The notes under the pieces are model-generated. The model saw only the letters and a list, made by a program, of their open reading frames with translations. It was not told the origin of the DNA and did not search any database. Position numbers and translations under genes: made by a program. A stretch of 20,666 nt of DNA from Hadesarchaea archaeon (GTDB lineage Archaea; Hadarchaeota; Hadarchaeia; Hadarchaeales; Hadarchaeaceae), in NCBI GenBank assembly GCA_030619825.1, contig JAUXAS010000006.1:1-20666 (forward strand), given 5' to 3'. Shown here piece after piece: positions 7,114-13,721 of this stretch. Position 1 is the first letter of the stretch. Each line of letters opens with the position of its first letter.

Positions 7114-8261
7114 TTCCTCCGTCCCCTCAGCTCATCAAAACTCACGACGCGCGCCTTGCCCGTGTGCGAGTCCACCAAGGTAACGCGATCGGTACAAGCA
7201 AAGCAAGGATCTATGCTCGCCATAACAATCGGGATTTCAGCAATAGTCCCGCCCACGAACATGGGTTTAAATGATGGGATGTTGGCGTAGGTTGGAGGTC
7301 GGACGCGTATGCGCTCCGGTTTATCCGTACCGTTCGAAATTGCGTAGTAGAGTAGTTCTCCTCTTGGGGCCTCTATGCGCCCGAGGGCCTCGTTGGGTTC
7401 AATTTTGGGGGCAACCTTCGTCCGCAAAGGTCCTCTAGGTAAGGCTTTGAGTGCTTGGCGGATTATTCGAATAGATTCTAAAATTTCGCGAAGCCGGACG
7501 ATGACTTTGGCCAAGACGTCCCCTTCCCGCTCGATTATCACTTTAAATGAAATCTCATCATAAGCCGCATAGGGATCATCCCTCCTTATGTCAACATCGA
7601 CGCCAGAAGCCCGGGTGGTTGGGCCCACAATACACAATTTTATCGCATCCTCCTTCGTCAGTACCCCAACACCCATACAGCGCGCTAAAATCGTGCGATC
7701 TGAGGTACAAACGTCGATGTAGTACTTGGTCTCTTTTTCGAGCTTATTTAATACTCTCAACATTGTGGGAACATATTCAGGTTTTACATCGCGCCTTACC
7801 CCACCCAAGGTGTTTGACGCCGAGATTTGTCGGTTTCCTGAGATCATTTCTTTCAAATCGAGTACGAGCTCGCGATCGCGCCAGAAAAACATGAATAAAG
7901 TATTAAAGCCTATCTCATGAGCAGCCACCCCCGCCCAAAGCAGGTGACTGTGAATGCGCTCGAGCTCGCATAGTATGGTTCGAATAAAGCGCGCCCGGTC
8001 AGGAACTTCGATGTTGGCAAGTTGTTCGATTGTCTGACAATAGGCCGTCGTGTGGGCAACGTTGCATATGCCGCAGATCCGCTCGGCGAGGTAGATGTTG
8101 TGCAGGTAACTTCGCTCCTGCAACGCGCGCTCGATACCGCGGTGTATGTAACCTAATCGGACATTGAGATCGATGATTTCCTCACCTTTAACCTCAAACC
8201 TGAAGTATTCTGGCTCCTTCAGGGCAGGATGTTGCGGGCCAAATGGGACTACAAATGTCAT
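7110..8261 (-). CDS. mbhL: Mbh subunit L, [NiFe] catalytic large subunit (group 4)
   Basis: GPQHP, HRGIE, L1 motif ERICGIC and L2 motif DPCFACTDR followed by a 24-aa cleavable tail. All four Ni/Fe cysteines are present. Confidence 0.96.
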   Translation of the reverse strand: MTFVVPFGPQHPALKEPEYFRFEVKGEEIIDLNVRLGYIHRGIERALQERSYLHNIYLAERICGICNVAHTTAYCQTIEQLANIEVPDRARFIRTILCELERIHSHLLWAGVAAHEIGFNTLFMFFWRDRELVLDLKEMISGNRQISASNTLGGVRRDVKPEYVPTMLRVLNKLEKETKYYIDVCTSDRTILARCMGVGVLTKEDAIKLCIVGPTTRASGVDVDIRRDDPYAAYDEISFKVIIEREGDVLAKVIVRLREILESIRIIRQALKALPRGPLRTKVAPKIEPNEALGRIEAPRGELLYYAISNGTDKPERIRVRPPTYANIPSFKPMFVGGTIAEIPIVMASIDPCFACTDRVTLVDSHTGKARVVSFDELRGRRK

Positions 8262-8695
8262 TTCGATTCCCTCTCAAACTCCTTGCGTAGCGGGTGCGCT
8301 CCCTCCGGCCAATCGTCGGGCAGGAAAAGCCTTTGCGGGTCTGGGTGGCCCTCAACCTTGACACCGAGCATCTCCATGAGGTCACGCTCGTACAAGACCG
8401 CCCCCGGGAAGATGTCGGTTATGGTGAATATTTTCAAATCGTCCTTGGATAGGGAAATTTTCAGGTTTAGTATCGCGGGCTGGCAGTCGAAGTGATAGAT
8501 GACCTCTACGGCATTGCCCCGATCTACCCCAGTTATCGTTGAGAGGTGCGTAACTCCAGCCACCTTCAACGCGGGCAGGAGGTCTCTGAAGCGCTGCTTG
8601 TCGCTCGTGGCGAAAAGGCGACGCTCGCTCACAATTCTCACATCGCCAACGTGCGCTTTGATGAGGTCAGCGACTTCTTTGGAATCCATTTTCAC
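8258..8695 (-). CDS. mbhK: Mbh subunit K (NuoC-like)
   Basis: HLSTITGVD, YERDLMEMLG..EGHP and HPLRK motifs. Start is GTG 8695 or ATG 8689. Confidence 0.92.
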   Translation of the reverse strand: MKMDSKEVADLIKAHVGDVRIVSERRLFATSDKQRFRDLLPALKVAGVTHLSTITGVDRGNAVEVIYHFDCQPAILNLKISLSKDDLKIFTITDIFPGAVLYERDLMEMLGVKVEGHPDPQRLFLPDDWPEGAHPLRKEFERESK

Positions 8696-9105
8696 ACCTT
8701 CTCGAGGGCTTTGACTAGGGCAAAAATAATAGCCTCCGGTTTCGGCGGGCAGCCCGGCACATAGGCGTTGACAGGTATGAACTTGTCTAGGGGACCGACG
8801 ACATTGTAGCAGTCATAAAAGACGCAGCCAGAGGCGGGGCAGGAGCCAACCGCCACCACCATCTTCGGCTCCGGCATTTGCTCGTAAATTCTGATGATCC
8901 TATCTTTGGCTTGCTTGGTTATGGGTCCAGTGACAACTAGAATATCAGCATGCCTTGGGGAGCCCCGAACTTGCATACCAAAGCGCTCGATGTCGTGGCG
9001 TGGTATGATTGTTGCGACGACTTCGATACTACAGCCATTGCAGCCGCCCGTGTCGAAGTGCAGCAGCCATGGAGACTTTCTCCTGAAGAAGCTAACTAGA
9101 CCCAT
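8692..9105 (-). CDS. mbhJ: Mbh subunit J, small Fe-S subunit (NuoB-like)
   Basis: GGCNGCSIE, SPRHAD, VGSC and PGCPP motifs. Confidence 0.95.
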   Translation of the reverse strand: MGLVSFFRRKSPWLLHFDTGGCNGCSIEVVATIIPRHDIERFGMQVRGSPRHADILVVTGPITKQAKDRIIRIYEQMPEPKMVVAVGSCPASGCVFYDCYNVVGPLDKFIPVNAYVPGCPPKPEAIIFALVKALEKV

Positions 9106-9464
9106 CAGCCCACCCCTATCACCAGCGCGATCGATATGAGAATGATGATAAGCCCCACGACCACCCAGAACAGGTAAGTGCTGAGGTCGCCGCTGTGAGC
9201 AGGACGGATGTAACGATAGAAGGGCCTGAAGACACGGCGGATGGGCGAGAAAAACTGCTCGCTGTCCGCATGGATATCACTCGCTTCCAGCTCCTCGCCA
9301 CATGCGTAGGTCTTGAGCTTTCCGGCGCTCGGCTTTGCCTTGGTGAGCCTGCGTCCGCCCAGGAGGATGAGCCCCCCGACAGCAGCAATCAATAGCATCG
9401 CCGCGGTCGCGATGATAGGTCCCCAAAATCCACGTCCGAACAACACCGATTCAGATATCATCAT
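9105..9464 (-). CDS. mbhI: Mbh subunit I
   Basis: GFWGP followed by a TM helix, YACGE, HSGDLSTYLFW and a final TM helix; lies between mbhH and mbhJ. ATG 9464 overlaps the mbhH stop. Confidence 0.85.
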   Translation of the reverse strand: MMISESVLFGRGFWGPIIATAAMLLIAAVGGLILLGGRRLTKAKPSAGKLKTYACGEELEASDIHADSEQFFSPIRRVFRPFYRYIRPAHSGDLSTYLFWVVVGLIIILISIALVIGVG

Positions 9465-10957
9465 GCACCACCCAACACCGCACTTATGTAGCCGCCCGAG
9501 TTCATCACAGCTTCCTGCGCTGGGCGCACGATGTCTATCCCGAGCTGCGGGAGTACCCCGAATACCACGCAGAGAACCGCGAGCAACATAATCGGGAACA
9601 TCATGGGTAGCGGGGTTTCTTTTACATCGCTTAAATGTTTTGGCCGCTGCCCGAGGAAGATCGAGTTGAGTGCCTTCAGGAAGTAAGCGAGCGTCAGGGC
9701 ACTTGTGATGAGGGCAATGATGGTGAACACGGGCTGCCCGGCCTCGATGCCAGCCACGTAGATCATCCATTTGCTCGCGAACCCGTTGAAGGGTGGTACC
9801 CCTGAAATCGCGAGGGCCCCCACCACGAACAGCGTCGCGGTCACTGGCATGTTCTTCCAGAGCCCCCCGAGCTGGTCCATGTTAGAGGTTCCAACGCGGT
9901 AGATGATTGCCCCGGCGATCATGAACAACATCGTCTTGTAAATGGCGTTGTTGAAGAGGTGGAAGAGCCCGCCTTGGATCCCCAGCACTGTGCCCAAACC
10001 GATTCCGAGTAGGACGTAACCGACCTGGGAAATGCCTGAGTAAGCCAAGAGACGCTTGAGGTCACGCTGGGCGAGGGCCATTAGCGCCCCGATCACCATC
10101 GTCACTAGCCCGAGGGCAGCGAGCATGATTCCTATCGCGAAAGCCCCGAATAATGTGTAGACCACCCGCACCATCGCGTAAATTCCGACGGTCGCGGTAG
10201 CCCCCGAGAAGAGGGCGGCCACGGCCGAGGGCGCGGCCTGGTAGGCGTCGGGCATCCACATGTGCAGGGGTACCACCGCAATCTTGATGCCGAGTCCCGT
10301 CACGAAGAGGGCGAGCGGCACAATCACGGCTGATGGGGATACTTGGCCGAGCTTCTGCGCTAGGTCGGCGATGTTGAGGCTGCCCACGAGCCCGTAAAGA
10401 AGTGCAATGCCCAGCAGGATAAACGAGGTCCCCAATGAGCTGACGATCATGTACTTGATGCTTGCCTCGATTGACTGCCACTTTCGCCTGAACGCCACGA
10501 GGGCGTAGGAGGAGATGCACATTATCTCGAAGAACACATAGAGGTTGAAGATGTCTCCCGTGAGCGCGACGCCCATCATCCCAGCCACGATGAGTAAAAA
10601 GAGTGTGTAATACTGGTCGAGCCCGGTATCGCGCTCCATGTAGACGAAGGAATAAATCATGACGAGTGTGCCGATGCCGGCAACGATGAGCGCAACGAGC
10701 AAGTTCAGCCCGTCGATGGCAAGGTTGACCCCCCAGGGAGGCTGCCACCCTCCTAGCTGATAGACGAGCACTTGGCCGCCCCACACCGCTGGCAACATGC
10801 TCGCCACGACCGCGAACTCCGCAAGCACGACAGCGATCGCAAACCACTCCCGGGCGCGTTTGATGCCTCGCCGGCGAGACAAAATTCCAATTACCGGCAT
10901 CAGGAATGCAGCGAACAGCGGGAGCAGGATGGCTAAAATTGGGGCGTGGGAGATCAC
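9461..10957 (-). CDS. mbhH: Mbh subunit H, MrpD/NuoM-like antiporter subunit
   Basis: TGDIFNLYVFFEI, KIAVVPLHMWMPDAY, DLKRLLAYS and GVPPFNGFASK motifs; many TM helices. Confidence 0.95.
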   Translation of the reverse strand: MISHAPILAILLPLFAAFLMPVIGILSRRRGIKRAREWFAIAVVLAEFAVVASMLPAVWGGQVLVYQLGGWQPPWGVNLAIDGLNLLVALIVAGIGTLVMIYSFVYMERDTGLDQYYTLFLLIVAGMMGVALTGDIFNLYVFFEIMCISSYALVAFRRKWQSIEASIKYMIVSSLGTSFILLGIALLYGLVGSLNIADLAQKLGQVSPSAVIVPLALFVTGLGIKIAVVPLHMWMPDAYQAAPSAVAALFSGATATVGIYAMVRVVYTLFGAFAIGIMLAALGLVTMVIGALMALAQRDLKRLLAYSGISQVGYVLLGIGLGTVLGIQGGLFHLFNNAIYKTMLFMIAGAIIYRVGTSNMDQLGGLWKNMPVTATLFVVGALAISGVPPFNGFASKWMIYVAGIEAGQPVFTIIALITSALTLAYFLKALNSIFLGQRPKHLSDVKETPLPMMFPIMLLAVLCVVFGVLPQLGIDIVRPAQEAVMNSGGYISAVLGGA

Positions 10958-11319
10958 TCCTTCAACCTCCTGAGCTTCGATGGGTCAAGCGTGCCGTAGT
11001 GGCGGTAGGCGTAGATGGTGAGCGAGAGAGCCAGCGCGAGGATGCAGATGTTGATGACGATTGAGGTCAGCACGAGTGCTTGAGGGATGGGGTCGACGGC
11101 TTGGGCGGCAAATCCAGGGAGATCCGAGAACATCTCCCCGCTGACGATCGCAGCCGCGCCTCCTGAGCGATATCCAAGGCTTATCAGGAAGAGGTGGATC
11201 CCATCGGTCAGCACGACTAGGCCGATGATGAGCTTGATCAGGTTTCGCTTGAGCAACAAACAGTAGAGCCCGAGCGCGACTAGGAGCATTGCGATGACAT
11301 AGTTGAAATCCAACTTCAC
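10954..11319 (-). CDS. mbhG: Mbh subunit G (MnhC-like)
   Basis: NLIKLIIG and DPIPQALVLTSIVI motifs. Start is uncertain (GTG 11319 or TTG 11313) because of the repeat. Confidence 0.9.
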   Translation of the reverse strand: MKLDFNYVIAMLLVALGLYCLLLKRNLIKLIIGLVVLTDGIHLFLISLGYRSGGAAAIVSGEMFSDLPGFAAQAVDPIPQALVLTSIVINICILALALSLTIYAYRHYGTLDPSKLRRLKE

Positions 11320-11349
11320 ACCCCTGTGAATTTCACACCCCTGTGAAGT
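11313..11349. repeat. Two tandem copies (17-bp period) of the palindrome TTCACA-CCCC-TGTGAA
   Basis: Exact copies at 11315-11330 and 11332-11347; outer ACTTCACA...TGTGAAGT symmetry. Confidence 0.95.
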
Positions 11350-11363
11350 CCAGGTTCGTTCAT
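11316..11363 (-). other. Putative translated mini-ORF MNEPGLHRGVKFTGV linking mbhF to mbhG
   Basis: ATG overlaps the mbhF stop (ATGA) with a GAGGTGA RBS; its TGA overlaps the mbhG GTG (GTGA). Confidence 0.55.
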
Positions 11364-11794
11364 TTTTCGTCACCTCTGAAAGCGAACAGCATCGCGTAGA
11401 AGATCAAGAGGATGCCAGCCGCGACCTTTATCCCGACGCCAAGGTAAAGCAGGGGCAAGTTGCCAGCGCTGAAAAGCTGCCCGAGCTCCCCCAGCGGAAA
11501 CTTGTTTTGCAGGAATGCGACGCCGAGCAAGAGGCTGAGCAAGCCGAGGACGACTATCGCTAACCCCCCGATGCTTTCAAGCACTTCAGCTTGCAAGAAG
11601 CTAACCTTCGTTTCCGCCCGCTCGATGCCGTAGGCTAGGAGTAGCATCACCACCGAGGCGGCGATGATCACACCACCCGGGAAACCCCCTCCGGGAGTCA
11701 GGTGGCCGTGGAGCACAATGTAGGCGCCGAAGAGGAAAGTGAACGGGAAGAGGAGCCTCGTGATGGTTCGAACGATCACCGTCATTCCTGCCAT
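11360..11794 (-). CDS. mbhF: Mbh subunit F (MnhB-like)
   Basis: HGHLTPGGGFPGG and LFSAG motifs. Confidence 0.92.
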   Translation of the reverse strand: MAGMTVIVRTITRLLFPFTFLFGAYIVLHGHLTPGGGFPGGVIIAASVVMLLLAYGIERAETKVSFLQAEVLESIGGLAIVVLGLLSLLLGVAFLQNKFPLGELGQLFSAGNLPLLYLGVGIKVAAGILLIFYAMLFAFRGDEK

Positions 11795-12093
11795 TACTCT
11801 CGCCTCCTGAATGCCCTGAACACCATCACCACGCCCACGACAGCCGTGAAGAGCACCGTCACCTCGCCCAGCGTGTCGTAGCCACGATAACCCCAGACGA
11901 CGCTCGTAACCACATTTGCCGCACCCGTCTGCTGGGGAGCATCCTCTAAAATCCGCTGCCCGATGCTGTTCTCGAGATCTTCCCCGATCTGGCGGGCGGG
12001 GAAAGAGCCGAATGGTAACAAGTTAGTGCTGACGGTGAAAACAAGCAACGCGCCAATCGCCAAGACCATCCCAAATGCCAGCACTCGCTGCAT
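11794..12093 (-). CDS. mbhE: Mbh subunit E
   Basis: [26 protein letters not shown] motif. Confidence 0.92.
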   Translation of the reverse strand: MQRVLAFGMVLAIGALLVFTVSTNLLPFGSFPARQIGEDLENSIGQRILEDAPQQTGAANVVTSVVWGYRGYDTLGEVTVLFTAVVGVVMVFRAFRRRE

Positions 12094-12345
12094 CTATTCT
12101 TCCCTCCTCGTGCGGCTTATCGCTATTACGAATATCACGGTCGCCACCCCCACCCCCACGGCCGCTTGGGTGATTGCGATATCGGGGGCCTGAAGCATGT
12201 AAAAAATTACGGCGAGGGAGATGCTCGCGCCGGCTAAAACGATCACCGAGTGGAGCAGGTCCTTGAGCTCGATCGCGATTAGGGCGAACACGAACAGGAG
12301 CACGAGCAGGGCATTTTGGATCAGCAACTCGAGACTCAATTTCAC
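12094..12345 (-). CDS. mbhD: Mbh subunit D
   Basis: KDLLHSVI and LQAPDIAITQAAVG motifs; three TM helices. Start is GTG 12345 or TTG 12339. Confidence 0.9.
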   Translation of the reverse strand: MKLSLELLIQNALLVLLFVFALIAIELKDLLHSVIVLAGASISLAVIFYMLQAPDIAITQAAVGVGVATVIFVIAISRTRREE

Positions 12346-12379
12346 ACCCCTGTGAACTTCGCACCTCTATAAACTTCAC
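12341..12379. repeat. Same 17-bp-period palindromic repeat: one exact, one degenerate and one partial copy
   Basis: TTCACACCCCTGTGAA at 12341-12356, TTCGCACCTCTATAAA at 12358-12373 (12/16 identical), TTCAC at 12375-12379. Confidence 0.9.
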
Positions 12380-12383
12380 TCAT
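12342..12383 (-). other. Putative translated mini-ORF MSEVYRGAKFTGV linking mbhC to mbhD
   Basis: ATG overlaps the mbhC stop with a GGAGG RBS; its TGA overlaps the mbhD GTG. Confidence 0.55.
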
Positions 12384-12706
12384 GCTTTCTCCTCCTTGAG
12401 CTTGTCGACCACGCTTCGACGCCAGAGCTTGACGCCGGACTTGTGGGCTGCCCGAGCGATCGCATGGGAGCCCACCGGGTTTGTGAGGAAGAGGAAGAGG
12501 GCGATAATAAGAGCTTTTAAGGTGTACAAGCTGAGCCCCTCGAGCACACTCACACCTATAAGAGTCACAATCACCCCACCGACCACGACGACGGTATTTG
12601 CGTGAATTCGGTTGTAAACGTCTGGGAAGCGCACGATTCCCATCGCCCCAATGAGAGCACAAAAGGCGCCGATACCAAGCAAGATGTAAGCGATTATTTC
12701 AATCAA
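12380..12706 (-). CDS. mbhC: Mbh subunit C (MnhG-like)
   Basis: GIVRFPDVYNRIHA and TNPVGSHAIARAA motifs; TTG start. Confidence 0.93.
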   Translation of the reverse strand: MIEIIAYILLGIGAFCALIGAMGIVRFPDVYNRIHANTVVVVGGVIVTLIGVSVLEGLSLYTLKALIIALFLFLTNPVGSHAIARAAHKSGVKLWRRSVVDKLKEEKA

Positions 12707-12963
12707 GTTTCGATCCCCCTTCCTTCAAGATATTTTGCGATGGCGAGCGTTACCAAGAAGGCGAGGAAGGCGTAGACCAAGGCAACGTCGAGGTAGATCG
12801 GGGCGCGGTAGTAGACGCCCAGCAGCACTAGGGCACCGATCATCAGCACGACTAAGGCATCGATGGCGATGACCCGATCGGGGGCGGTGGGGCCCAGAGC
12901 AGCGCGGAGCGCGCAGAAGAGGCATGAGCCGAAGACGATGATAAGCACCCCGAGCAGAATCAT
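12703..12963 (-). CDS. mbhB: Mbh subunit B (MnhF-like)
   Basis: GPTAPDRVIAID, YLDVALVYA and AKYLE motifs. Confidence 0.93.
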   Translation of the reverse strand: MILLGVLIIVFGSCLFCALRAALGPTAPDRVIAIDALVVLMIGALVLLGVYYRAPIYLDVALVYAFLAFLVTLAIAKYLEGRGIET

Positions 12964-13463
12964 CTGAATATCCTCCTGAGGAAGCGCTCGAAGGGTCGAG
13001 CTATTTGCCTGCTGGTTTCCTCGGGCTCGATTGCCTTGACATCGATCCAGTGCACGTATAGGGAGGATTTCTCTTCATTGACATCCACGCTGAGCGTACC
13101 CGGAGTCATCGTGATTGCGTTGGCCAAGCCGGTGATGCCGAAGTCACTCTTGAGCTCAGTCGGTACTCGCACGATGCCGGGTTTAATGGGCATTCGTGGG
13201 TGCAAGATGCAATAGATGACGCTTGCATGCGCCTTCAGCTCGGCCCAGATATATGCGGGTAGATAGGCGAGAGCGTAGCCCCATCGCTTTGGTTCAAATT
13301 TCTCCCGCATCCCCCCGCGAAAGAGGAGCTCGTAGGAAACCACGGCCACGAAGGCAGCGACGATCGCCCCCACCCCGAGCTCTTGGAAATCGAGTGAACC
13401 TGTTAGAGCAATCCATGCTAGCCAAAGGCAGACGAACGCAACGAACAAACTCTCCTTGGTCAT
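12960..13463 (-). CDS. mbhA: Mbh subunit A (MnhE-like)
   Basis: PIKPGIV, LANAITMTPGT and LYVHWI motifs; first gene of the operon. Confidence 0.93.
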   Translation of the reverse strand: MTKESLFVAFVCLWLAWIALTGSLDFQELGVGAIVAAFVAVVSYELLFRGGMREKFEPKRWGYALAYLPAYIWAELKAHASVIYCILHPRMPIKPGIVRVPTELKSDFGITGLANAITMTPGTLSVDVNEEKSSLYVHWIDVKAIEPEETSRQIARPFERFLRRIFR

Positions 13464-13496
13464 GAGTATAGCCCCCCCTGCTTCATATCACGGAGT

Positions 13497-13513
13497 GAAT
13501 TTTAATTTTTCGC
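13497..13513 (-). promoter_or_regulatory. Probable BRE/TATA promoter of the mbh operon
   Basis: Minus strand GCGAAAAATTAAAATTC about 35-50 nt upstream of the mbhA ATG, with a G-rich RBS in between. Confidence 0.5.
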
Positions 13514-13574
13514 TTTGCCATGCCAAGAATTTCCCCCTTTTAAACAACCTACACCCAAAGGCTAGGCGGGCGAA

Positions 13575-13721
13575 TTGAACACTTTGCTGTTTGTGCCCAT
13601 GTTGATCGTGACCTGGCACATCGGCGTGACCTTGTTCGAGCGTTCTCGCTGCACACGCCAGGCAAGCCCCCCGTTGGCGTTTCCCGGCGGATTTACAAAT
13701 CGTGGCATGGGGAGCTCATGA
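13575..13721 (+). CDS. Possible 48-aa small protein with hydrophobic N-terminus
   Basis: TTG start after AGGCGGG; open frame MNTLLFVPMLIVTWHIGVTLFERSRC...GSS; its stop overlaps the ATG of the next gene; TTTTAAA at about 13537-13543. Confidence 0.35.
   Translation: MNTLLFVPMLIVTWHIGVTLFERSRCTRQASPPLAFPGGFTNRGMGSS

Noticed and set aside
7110..8261. Mbs/Mbx sulfur reductase, complex I, or a selenocysteine hydrogenase
   Set aside because: Both CxxC motifs are complete and encoded by Cys codons, with no in-frame TGA; hyp and hycI genes are adjacent.
10062..10847. 261-aa alternative-frame ORF and other antisense or shadow ORFs (e.g. 92..559, 1342..1902, 18437..18874)
   Set aside because: Arg/Pro/Ser-rich, motif-free and overlapping well-supported genes, as expected in GC-rich coding DNA.
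11320..11373. mbhG start at GTG 11373 (MTKNERTWTSQGCEIHRG extension)
   Set aside because: The GTG is itself part of the RBS-like GAGGTGA, lacks its own RBS and adds a non-homologous repeat-derived peptide; not excluded but less plausible.
11313..12379. CRISPR array interpretation of the palindromic repeats
   Set aside because: Units are 16-17 bp, directly adjacent with no spacers, and there are no cas genes.
13464..13560. SurR-type GTT-N3-AAC site in the mbh promoter
   Set aside because: None found by eye; only a short TCAC-GGA-GTGA palindrome at about 13488-13498, too short to call.
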